Of a stretch of DNA of 28,339 nucleotides, positions 1-6,410 are shown piece after piece. The stretch's first letter is position 1; every line of letters starts with the position of its first letter. The notes beneath the pieces were generated by a model. That model was given only the letters and a program-made list of their open reading frames with translations. It ran no database searches and was not told the origin of the DNA. Made by a program: the position numbers and the translations under genes. The stretch is from a virus. Its lineage: Duplodnaviria; Caudoviricetes. The DNA lies in the IMG/VR virus record IMGVR_UViG_3300029183_000032, positions 1-28,339 of that record. The stretch is one strand, 5' to 3'.

Positions 1-17
1 GTTTCCCAGTCACGATC
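1..17 (+). other. Random-amplification primer/adapter sequence (technical artefact)
   Basis: GTTTCCCAGTCACGATC at the very start of the window matches the M13-derived tag used in Round A/B random PCR amplification. Confidence 0.85.
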
Positions 18-18
18 G

Positions 19-411
19 GGTGGTGCCGATCTGAGGGGTGCCTATCTGAGGGGTGCCGATCTGAGGGGTGCCGATCTGAGGGGTGCCTATCTGGGGGGTG
101 CCGATCTGAGGGGTGCCGATCTGAGGGGTGCCTATCTGGGGGGTGCCGATCTGGGGGGTGCCAAAGGAAATAAACGACAGGTCAAGACTCTCCAGATAGA
201 CACCTACGAAATCACATATACCTCTGAAGTCATGCAAATAGGCTGTGAAAGACATCCGATAAAGGATTGGTGGAAATTTGATGATAAAAGAATTGATCAA
301 ATGGACGATGGAGCCTTGGAATGGTGGAAAACATGGAAGCCAATCTTAAAGAAGATCATCAAAACATCTCCGGCTGAAGAAACAAAATATGAGGAGAAAG
401 AAGCCGCATGA
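19..411 (+). CDS. Pentapeptide-repeat protein, 5'-truncated (missing from the ORF track)
   Basis: Frame +1 reads ([20 protein letters not shown])x9, then [66 protein letters not shown]...EAA*. This fits the A(D/N)Lxx pattern. Stop TGA 409-411 overlaps the next ATG at 408. Confidence 0.88.
   Translation, partial: GGADLRGAYLRGADLRGADLRGAYLGGADLRGADLRGAYLGGADLGGAKGNKRQVKTLQIDTYEITYTSEVMQIGCERHPIKDWWKFDDKRIDQMDDGALEWWKTWKPILKKIIKTSPAEETKYEEKEAA
22..162 (+). repeat. 15-bp tandem repeat, 9 full units plus a partial unit
   Basis: Unit GGTGCC(G/T)ATCTG(A/G)GG starting at 22, 37, 52 ... 157. It encodes the pentapeptide repeats. Confidence 0.95.
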
Positions 412-593
412 TTAAACCCACCCTCACCTTAGCGCTTTTATTGCTGGTTGCCTCGGTAAAGCCAGCCCAAACAGTAGAGCCTGAGATTATAGAGAAGCCA
501 ATATTCATCCATACGGAAGTGGATGTGTGCGGGTTTGATGATTTAGGTGTAGTGCCATTAGGGGTAAGTGATATTGAGAGGATTTTGGAATGA
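408..593 (+). CDS. Small hypothetical protein with hydrophobic N-terminus (signal or anchor)
   Basis: [20 protein letters not shown]; ATGA coupling with the upstream gene; GAGGAG upstream. Confidence 0.7.
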   Translation: MIKPTLTLALLLLVASVKPAQTVEPEIIEKPIFIHTEVDVCGFDDLGVVPLGVSDIERILE

Positions 594-599
594 TTTATG

Positions 600-782
600 G
601 GGGCTGCGGCGTGGAAAGCAGACACGCAGGTTGGTTGGCCGTAAGCAGCGAGGATTAGGAAAGCCCAAAGTCGGTATGCGAGTGCAACTATCCTAATTGA
701 GCGTCAATTGGACAAGGCGCGTAAGGTTGCAAGCAGAGACCGAAAAAGCTTTAGCAGGGGTAGCGCCCTGCCAGCCCCGCCA
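600..782 (+). ncRNA. Putative tRNA-like structured RNA (about 183 nt)
   Basis: Acceptor-like stem GGGGCTG(600-606)/CAGCCCC(772-778) followed by G-CCA. D-arm-like hairpin GCGTG/CACGC (609-627). T-arm-like hairpin GCAGG/CCTGC (754-771). Internal stem ATTAGGAAAG/CTATCCTAAT (654-697). Lies in the largest intergenic gap of the early region. Confidence 0.6.
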
Positions 783-806
783 GTTTTTAACCAAAGGAGA
801 AAGAAG

Positions 807-995
807 ATGAAAGTATATAAACTAATAGAAGAATTAATGAAGCTACCAGCGGGCACAGATGTCCGGTGCGTATCAGACCTTATGGTCGCGGGTGACACAG
901 ACTGTATTGATGCAAGTGAAGTAGACGAAGGTAATGGCTTTGTCCGAATCTTTTTTAAAAACGATAACCCAGATTTTGAAGAAGGAGCCAACTGA
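807..995 (+). CDS. Hypothetical phage protein
   Basis: AAGGAG RBS before ATG 807 (MKVYKLIEELMKLP). The longer 708 start would run through the RNA element. Confidence 0.75.
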   Translation: MKVYKLIEELMKLPAGTDVRCVSDLMVAGDTDCIDASEVDEGNGFVRIFFKNDNPDFEEGAN

Positions 996-1327
996 TGGAA
1001 ACATTTGAAGATGTTGTGGTTGAGGTCAAAAAACTAGACCCAAATTTAGATGAAAACTCTGATGAATTTAAAGCCGCGGCCTGCCTACTGTCCTGTCTGT
1101 TGGTCCGCCCAAGGCTTGCTTCATTAATGGACTTCACTCCTTACCAGCCAAAATTTTTGTCGAGGATTGGAAAGAATCTACGCAAAAATCGTATCTGGGA
1201 CAGAGATTTCGATACGAGGAAAAATGTTTTCTGCCCCTCCGATTGGTTCAATGAAGAAACAGGAGGAGTTGCATTCTGGATGGATGTGTCTTGTGCGTTA
1301 GGATTTATAGAGAGAACAAATAATTAA
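995..1327 (+). CDS. Hypothetical phage protein
   Basis: AAGGAG RBS; TGATG coupling; 110 aa. Confidence 0.8.
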   Translation: METFEDVVVEVKKLDPNLDENSDEFKAAACLLSCLLVRPRLASLMDFTPYQPKFLSRIGKNLRKNRIWDRDFDTRKNVFCPSDWFNEETGGVAFWMDVSCALGFIERTNN

Positions 1328-1377
1328 GGGGCCGCTAACCATTGCTGATAGCCGCATGTGCGGCAACGGCCCCACCA
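1328..1377 (+). ncRNA. Putative tRNA-minihelix-like element ending in ACCA
   Basis: GGGGCCG(1328-1334)/CGGCCCC(1367-1373) followed by ACCA; inner hairpin GCCGC-ATGT-GCGGC (1351-1364). Fills the intergenic gap. Confidence 0.45.
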
Positions 1378-1392
1378 GATAGGAGATGAGAG

Positions 1393-1512
1393 ATGTTGAC
1401 TTGGGCAGTAGCGTTTTATGACAGGCAGAAAGGTAATGCAAACCTCTTGTGGCTATACGCGTTGGCAGCAGATTGTTTCATATTCTATCGCATAACAGAG
1501 ATATTCAAATGA
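1393..1512 (+). CDS. Small hydrophobic protein (39 aa)
   Basis: AGGAG RBS; MLTWAVAFYDRQKGNANLLWLYALAADCFIFYRITEIFK*; ATGA overlap with the gene at 1509. Confidence 0.55.
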   Translation: MLTWAVAFYDRQKGNANLLWLYALAADCFIFYRITEIFK

Positions 1513-1778
1513 CCAAAACAACTGACCGCATACAAGAGCTTGAGGCTGAGTTGAGCGAAGCCAAGGAAGACATAGTGATGCTTTCTGAAACAGTAACCAG
1601 CTTCACAAGCGGAGAGCAATTCAACTCCTTGCTTGATGATTGGAAAAAACAAGCCGCCGAGATTGAACGGCTGAGAGGTGTGCTTAAAGAGATCGCCGAT
1701 CAGGATTACCGAGGCAACAGGCCTATCGCATGCGTGAAGGCAGAAAACGCACTCAAGGAGCAATCAGATGACCAATAA
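1509..1778 (+). CDS. Coiled-coil hypothetical phage protein
   Basis: MTKTTDRIQELEAEL...AAEIERLRGVLKEIA; ATGA coupling favours 1509 over 1449 as the start. Confidence 0.75.
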   Translation: MTKTTDRIQELEAELSEAKEDIVMLSETVTSFTSGEQFNSLLDDWKKQAAEIERLRGVLKEIADQDYRGNRPIACVKAENALKEQSDDQ

Positions 1779-1839
1779 CAACAAACTGGATGTTTACGCC
1801 GCGATGATAAAAGCCGCACAGGGAGAGAGTGATGAGTGA
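1768..1839 (+). CDS. Possible 23-aa peptide or gene remnant
   Basis: AAGGAG RBS; MTNNNKLDVYAAMIKAAQGESDE*; bridges the two neighbouring genes. Confidence 0.35.
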   Translation: MTNNNKLDVYAAMIKAAQGESDE

Positions 1840-2116
1840 TATGCCGACAGAGATTTGGGTCGGAGGAACCAAGCAACCGATTGACATTATCGGTATCCCA
1901 AAGAATATCAAAGCCCCTGTTTCCTACATCAAGCGCACCATCAGTAAGGAAGAAGCGCGGGCGGCTCTTTATGTAATAGATAGGTTCTGTGAACAGCACA
2001 ATCCCTACGATCCTCTCGACCAAAATTTACTTAAGCAGGCCGAAACAATCCGCAAACTCCTCGAAGCACATGCAGGCAAAGAAATCCTGTCCATCAACAA
2101 CGGAGAAGAACCGTGA
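1829..2116 (+). CDS. Hypothetical phage protein
   Basis: GGAG RBS; part of the coupled chain of genes. Confidence 0.75.
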   Translation: MMSDMPTEIWVGGTKQPIDIIGIPKNIKAPVSYIKRTISKEEARAALYVIDRFCEQHNPYDPLDQNLLKQAETIRKLLEAHAGKEILSINNGEEP

Positions 2117-2361
2117 CTGATCTTAAAGGCGCACTAGCTGAGATTGAGAGAGCTTTAAAAAAGGCCGGAGAACATATGCACGGTTTTCCGGAAATCGAAC
2201 AAGCCCTCGAAAAAATAAAGGCGATCAGGGAGGCTGTGCCTTGCTTCGATGCTTATTTCAAGAGACTAAAAAATGACGAGTGCTTAGAGCCAGAGGATTT
2301 TGAAGACCTAGAAAGAGCAGCCATGTTATTAAACACAATCACAGGAGAGAAGGATGGATAA
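2113..2361 (+). CDS. Hypothetical phage protein
   Basis: GTGA overlap with the upstream stop; GGAG RBS. Confidence 0.75.
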   Translation: MTDLKGALAEIERALKKAGEHMHGFPEIEQALEKIKAIREAVPCFDAYFKRLKNDECLEPEDFEDLERAAMLLNTITGEKDG

Positions 2362-2587
2362 ATACGAGGTTGGGAGGGTAACAAGACACCCTCTGCGTTT
2401 CGCATTTCTAGAATTTTTAAGCGTTGTAAGAACTTGGTTTTACTGTCGAAAACACGGAATACAGACACGCGAATGGTGGGGCGTTTATGAAAGAGGGACT
2501 GAACGACCAATCGGAAAATTCGGCAACATGCCAGGAGCAAAAGAGAGAGCTATAGCCTTTAAAAAGCTTATGGAGGAAAACCAATGA
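2354..2587 (+). CDS. Hypothetical phage protein
   Basis: AGGAG RBS; overlaps the upstream stop. Confidence 0.7.
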   Translation: MDKYEVGRVTRHPLRFAFLEFLSVVRTWFYCRKHGIQTREWWGVYERGTERPIGKFGNMPGAKERAIAFKKLMEENQ

Positions 2588-2739
2588 CCAAACATAAAGA
2601 AGTTTTGTATGTTTTTTTTCTCCTCTGGACTTGCGTTTTAGGCCCGTTCTACGTGATCGATTGTTTAGCCTTTCCGAACATAGGTTTTTGCAAACCACCA
2701 ACAGAGGAAAACCAATGACCAAATATAAAGAAGCTTTGT
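2573..2739 (+). repeat. 36-bp direct repeat pair (2573-2608 and 2704-2739)
   Basis: GAGGAAAACCAATGACCAAA(C/T)ATAAAGAAG(T/C)TTTGT, 2 mismatches; each copy spans a stop/RBS/start junction. Confidence 0.9.
2584..2718 (+). CDS. Small membrane protein (44 aa)
   Basis: GGAGG RBS; MTKHKEVLYVFFLLWTCVLGPFYVIDCLAFPNIGFCKPPTEENQ*; ATGA coupling at both ends. Confidence 0.6.
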   Translation: MTKHKEVLYVFFLLWTCVLGPFYVIDCLAFPNIGFCKPPTEENQ

Positions 2740-3065
2740 TGTGTTGTCCGTTTTGTGGGGGTGACGCATATTTAATACGTTCACATGATAGCAGTTTCAT
2801 TAATTGTGAAAAGGATGATTGTGCTGATAGTGCTTTTGACACAGACGAGGATGCAATAAAAGCTTGGAACACCCGCGCACCCCTCCAAACGGAATGGCTG
2901 GAGATCGAGGGATTGAAAAAATCAATACCAACAGAAGAGGAAATTAAAGAAGGATATTGCCCGGAAGATATAGAGGAAAGAGCAGCTTGGAACGCCTGTT
3001 TAGAACACATCAAAAATCAAGGCTACAAGATCGTGAAGCCTTTACCACCAACGCAGGAGGATTAG
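2715..3065 (+). CDS. Lar-family restriction-alleviation-like zinc-finger protein
   Basis: CPFCGG...C-x4-C...EDAIKAWNTR signature; GAGG RBS before ATG 2715. Confidence 0.75.
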   Translation: MTKYKEALLCCPFCGGDAYLIRSHDSSFINCEKDDCADSAFDTDEDAIKAWNTRAPLQTEWLEIEGLKKSIPTEEEIKEGYCPEDIEERAAWNACLEHIKNQGYKIVKPLPPTQED

Positions 3066-3362
3066 ATGATTAAAGTTGTTAATATTGCTGATTTGCCTGA
3101 TCCGAGTAATCCAGATGGAAGGACATATCGTGTAGTTAATTCAGAGAAAAGGCACAACATCAATATAGGCTCACTTGTTGAGCTGGGCAACGGTTGCCGC
3201 CTATTAGTTGTAAAACACACAAGGGACTGTGATATGACCCCTCTTTATTCACTGGCTCCAGATATGGACGGGCTTGAATTTGGCAATATGTTTGGTTGGT
3301 CACACGGATATTCAGAAGAAAGCTTGAGCCTTATACAACCACCAACAGAGGAGGATGGGTGA
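3066..3362 (+). CDS. Hypothetical phage protein
   Basis: GGAGG RBS; abuts the previous stop. Confidence 0.8.
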   Translation: MIKVVNIADLPDPSNPDGRTYRVVNSEKRHNINIGSLVELGNGCRLLVVKHTRDCDMTPLYSLAPDMDGLEFGNMFGWSHGYSEESLSLIQPPTEEDG

Positions 3363-3548
3363 ATGAATTTGGTACCAGATTTTAGCGATGAACAATCCTG
3401 CGAGTGGGCAGCAGAGTTAATTTTAAAAAAATATTTAAACACACTCAATCGTAATGAGCCGATTACGGCCAAAAAAGAGGCCATTACAGGAATGGCAGGT
3501 TGGTTTCAACAGGCGTACATTCAGGGTTTGAAAGAGGAGGATCGGTGA
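3363..3548 (+). CDS. Hypothetical phage protein
   Basis: GGAGG RBS; abuts the previous stop. Confidence 0.7.
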   Translation: MNLVPDFSDEQSCEWAAELILKKYLNTLNRNEPITAKKEAITGMAGWFQQAYIQGLKEEDR

Positions 3549-3704
3549 ATGCCAGAGATTATTGTAAACGATGGTGTTATTCCTATAAAAATCAGGAAAG
3601 ACGTAACGGTTTTCATTCAAGGAATTCCTTTTGATTTATCTGAAAAAGAAGCCGTTAAGATTGCGAATGTCATTTTGGCATTAGGGGGTAAAAATGACCC
3701 CTGA
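3549..3704 (+). CDS. Hypothetical phage protein (51 aa)
   Basis: GGAGG RBS; MPEIIVNDGVIPIKIRKDVTVFIQGIPFDLSEKEAVKIANVILALGGKNDP*. Confidence 0.65.
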   Translation: MPEIIVNDGVIPIKIRKDVTVFIQGIPFDLSEKEAVKIANVILALGGKNDP

Positions 3705-3789
3705 CATAGACACCCTTTGGATAGGAATATGGATTTTAATCATACTGGCTTTTGTGGTTGGTGGTTTGATTGTGTGGTGGTTGAAGTAA
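3694..3789 (+). CDS. Small single-pass membrane peptide (31 aa)
   Basis: AGGGGG RBS; MTPDIDTLWIGIWILIILAFVVGGLIVWWLK*; TAATG coupling to the next gene. Confidence 0.55.
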   Translation: MTPDIDTLWIGIWILIILAFVVGGLIVWWLK

Positions 3790-3998
3790 TGTTTTTAGAT
3801 CCAAAAGAAATCAAACAACTCACAGGAAAGATCAGAGGACCGGATCAAGCTAAGGTGCTTAACAAAATGCGCATCCAGCACATACTTCGCCCTGATGGAG
3901 AGGTGCTTATATCTAAATCACACATGGAGAAAATTCTTGACGGGTATGTACCAGAATCAAATAAAGAAAGGAGTGAGCCAAATTATGGAGCGCTCTGA
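3789..3998 (+). CDS. Excisionase-like protein (DUF4224-like)
   Basis: MFLDPKEIKQLTG...Q...L..M.I.H..RPDG pattern, C-terminal EPNYGAL, directly upstream of the integrase. Confidence 0.75.
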   Translation: MFLDPKEIKQLTGKIRGPDQAKVLNKMRIQHILRPDGEVLISKSHMEKILDGYVPESNKERSEPNYGAL

Positions 3999-3999
3999 G

Positions 4000-5037
4000 G
4001 TGCCAAAGAAAAGACTGTCTAAAAACACAGGGCTTCCCAAAAGGTGGGCGCAGAAACACGGCGCTTATTACTATTATATCCCTCCTGGACTTGAGCATCT
4101 ATGGGATGGGAAAACTATGTTTCGCCTTGGTAAAACGCTCCCGGAAGCTTACACTGAATATGCCAAGAGGATGCAGGAACATAACGAGGGGAAAACAGTT
4201 GGAGAGGCCATAGATCGCTATATGCTTCAGGTCGCGCCTGCAAAAGCCCCCAAGACACATAAAGAAAACACCAAACAGGCTGAGAAGATAAGGGCCGTGT
4301 TTGGTCATATGAGATTCTTTGAAGTTAAACCGAAGCACATCTACGGCTATGTTGAGGCTCGTGATGCCAAGGTCGCAGCCAAAAGAGAGGTCGCCCTGTT
4401 CTCTCATGTCTGCACAAAAGCAGTTGAATGGGGCTATATAGATAAACATCCATTTAAGGGAGAGGTGCGTCTTGAAACAGAAAAGCCAAGAACAAGATAC
4501 GTGGAAGATTTTGAAATTGTCGAATGTCTCTCGCTGCCCGCAATGCAAAAAAGGGGTAGCGTTAGTGCCATACAAGCCTATATCAAGATCAAACTTATCA
4601 CAGGTTTGCGCCGTAGCGACTTGCTTAGATTGCGAGTGGAGAATTTCAGGGAAGATGGATTGCACATCAATACAGGAAAAACCGGGAAATCTATTATCTA
4701 CGCTTGGAGTGACGAGCTACGAAATGCAGTTCACGCCGCAAAGTCTGCAAGACCGGTTGATATATCCCCGCATCTCTTTTGCAATAGAAGAGGCCAATGC
4801 TACATAAAAGACAACGGAACCGCTTCTGGCTGGGACTCTATGTGGCAAAGATTCATGAAAAGGGTACTGAAAGAAACAAAAGTCACTGAAAGATTCACAG
4901 AGCATGATTTAAGGGCCAAGTGTGCGAGCGATGCCGAAACCTTGGAGCATGCCCGTCAATTACTCGCCCATGCGGACAGTAAAATTACAAATAAAGTTTA
5001 TAGACGCAAACCCGAAATAGTGAGGCCATTAAGATGA
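4000..5037 (+). CDS. int: Tyrosine recombinase / phage integrase
   Basis: Catalytic set R (TGLRRSD), K (GKTG), HxxR (HDLR), H (LAH), Y (VYRR); N-terminal arm-binding-like region. Start is probably GTG 4000 or ATG 3985 rather than 3895. Confidence 0.95.
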   Translation: MPKKRLSKNTGLPKRWAQKHGAYYYYIPPGLEHLWDGKTMFRLGKTLPEAYTEYAKRMQEHNEGKTVGEAIDRYMLQVAPAKAPKTHKENTKQAEKIRAVFGHMRFFEVKPKHIYGYVEARDAKVAAKREVALFSHVCTKAVEWGYIDKHPFKGEVRLETEKPRTRYVEDFEIVECLSLPAMQKRGSVSAIQAYIKIKLITGLRRSDLLRLRVENFREDGLHINTGKTGKSIIYAWSDELRNAVHAAKSARPVDISPHLFCNRRGQCYIKDNGTASGWDSMWQRFMKRVLKETKVTERFTEHDLRAKCASDAETLEHARQLLAHADSKITNKVYRRKPEIVRPLR

Positions 5038-5144
5038 TGTTAGAAACACTCTCTCAAGCATTAGTGGGGTCCGGTTTAATTTTTATCTTTTTAGGAGGGA
5101 TAATAACCATAATTGGTGTGGTCATCAGGTATGTTTTCTTGTAA
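5034..5144 (+). CDS. Small membrane peptide (36 aa)
   Basis: ATGA overlap with the integrase stop; MMLETLSQALVGSGLIFIFLGGIITIIGVVIRYVFL*. Confidence 0.45.
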   Translation: MMLETLSQALVGSGLIFIFLGGIITIIGVVIRYVFL

Positions 5145-5145
5145 A

Positions 5146-5176
5146 TCTATCGGACAATCGCCATTCTATCGGACAA
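5146..5176 (+). repeat. 12-bp direct repeat, probable integrase arm-type sites
   Basis: TCTATCGGACAA at 5146-5157 and 5165-5176. Related AATAACACAA (5359-5368) and AATAAGACAA (5375-5384) lie on the other side of the core. Confidence 0.65.
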
Positions 5177-5209
5177 ATCTTATTATGAGAAACTGGAAAG
5201 CCGCAGAAA

Positions 5210-5254
5210 TGGTGACCGCTGAGGGATTCGAACCCTCGACCTACTGATTAAAAG
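5210..5254 (-). mobile_element. attP core: 3' half of tRNA-Lys(UUU)
   Basis: Minus strand reads CTTTTAA-TCAGT-AGGTC-GAGGG-TTCGAAT-CCCTC-AGCGGTC-A-CCA (anticodon loop to CCA). The 5' half is absent and the site is next to the integrase. Confidence 0.9.
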
Positions 5255-5396
5255 ACGGGTCTTCTTAGCTTGATTTTATAAATTAATTCAATCAATTAAG
5301 CCCCATGAAGTGTATTATAGATTTTCAAAAATTCGGCGAACAAGTGATTGTTTTTATTAATAACACAATTGCTCAATAAGACAACTTTTTTACTGA

Positions 5397-6410
5397 CTAG
5401 CTTACCGTAATTACATTCCCCCGGAGAGGCATTGCATTGGTCGCGTTATCCATCACAACGGGCGGATCATCTTCCGAGAATGAAGACATAGCTCCATAGG
5501 CTGTATATAGGGTGACTGTCCCTGTTGGTGTGGCGCTCAATGTAATTGTGATTGTTGTGGCGTTTGTCCGGGCAATTGAGCTTATGGTCATCACCCCGGC
5601 TATAGAGTCTTCAACCCTAAACATCCCTGTTGCCCCTGAAGGTACTGTAATATCGTCCCCATTATCATGTGTGACTGTACAAATAATATCTGCTGTGGAT
5701 TGGGTAGCTGAGAGGATTACAGGGCCGTTTGTGCCTACACTTGGTCCCACTCCGTAGATGGCCTGCACTCTTCTGGCTGCGCGTTGCATGGCTAAATCAT
5801 AACCATCTGCCCCATGTTCTCTGTGAACCGAACCAGTCATATTGAGGTCGTAGCTCTCACACAGAAAATGCAGGAAGGTTTTAGATTCTATTAACTCCCG
5901 GATAGCTTCATTGGCTTGCTGATATCCGCTATCCAGTCCCGATGTATGCCGCCCCAACAGGCCGATAAAAGCCTTATAATCACTGGCGCTCTCGGACTGT
6001 CTCTCATCAAGAAACTCATCAAGGGCGGTTTTGAACTCGGCTTTTGTTATCGTGCTGTCATCAATCTTCTTTGCGTCCTGTTCTGCGCAAAAAATAATAT
6101 CCGCATTGACCGCATTCAAAGAACCGTAATTGTTTGTGATGGCTGTTGTAAGGGAGGTGTAGGCTGATCCCCTTGCATTCAAATCAGGGTCCCAATGGTA
6201 CCCACTTCCACCGTCTGCATTATCGTGAATGGATGCCCCGCCTGTAGCACCGTTGATAATCTGGGAGCTTGTAATGCGATTTAGATTATTGAGAAATACA
6301 GTATGCGCCCCCTCATTGGGGATTCTGGCCGCGTTGGATTGACCAACCAAAACAAAATTCTTTGCTGATGCGGTCCTGTAATCGGTTTTAGAGAGCAAGG
6401 AGGTAGGCAT
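5397..6410 (-). CDS. SGNH / sialate O-acetylesterase-like protein with C-terminal beta-rich domain
   Basis: FVLVGQSNA, GATGGAS and late VH motifs; weak RBS. May be the continuation of the upstream gene. Confidence 0.7.
   Translation of the reverse strand: MPTSLLSKTDYRTASAKNFVLVGQSNAARIPNEGAHTVFLNNLNRITSSQIINGATGGASIHDNADGGSGYHWDPDLNARGSAYTSLTTAITNNYGSLNAVNADIIFCAEQDAKKIDDSTITKAEFKTALDEFLDERQSESASDYKAFIGLLGRHTSGLDSGYQQANEAIRELIESKTFLHFLCESYDLNMTGSVHREHGADGYDLAMQRAARRVQAIYGVGPSVGTNGPVILSATQSTADIICTVTHDNGDDITVPSGATGMFRVEDSIAGVMTISSIARTNATTITITLSATPTGTVTLYTAYGAMSSFSEDDPPVVMDNATNAMPLRGNVITVS

Noticed and set aside
22-162. Possible CRISPR array or replication iterons
   Set aside because: The units are contiguous, have no spacers and are in-frame coding repeats.
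10-300. Minus-strand ORF with PQIGT repeats
   Set aside because: It is the antisense shadow of the + strand pentapeptide gene, which has a recognisable pattern and is coupled to the next gene.
600-782. tmRNA or canonical tRNA
   Set aside because: It starts GGGGCTG like tmRNA but has G3:C rather than G3:U, lacks a TTCRA T loop, is much shorter than tmRNA, and has no normal anticodon arm.
2612-2619. T8 run as a slippery site fusing the 2584 ORF to the Lar-like frame
   Set aside because: Both ORFs have their own RBS and start and are ATGA-coupled; the run simply encodes Val-Phe-Phe in a TM segment.
2417-4905. Long antisense or alternative-frame ORFs (2417-3013, 4099-4665, 4472-4807 and others)
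   Set aside because: They overlap better-supported genes and show no motifs or RBS. The same applies to the + strand ORFs across the late operon.
5210-5290. Complete phage tRNA-Lys gene
   Set aside because: Similarity stops at the anticodon loop; there is no D arm or 5' acceptor strand.
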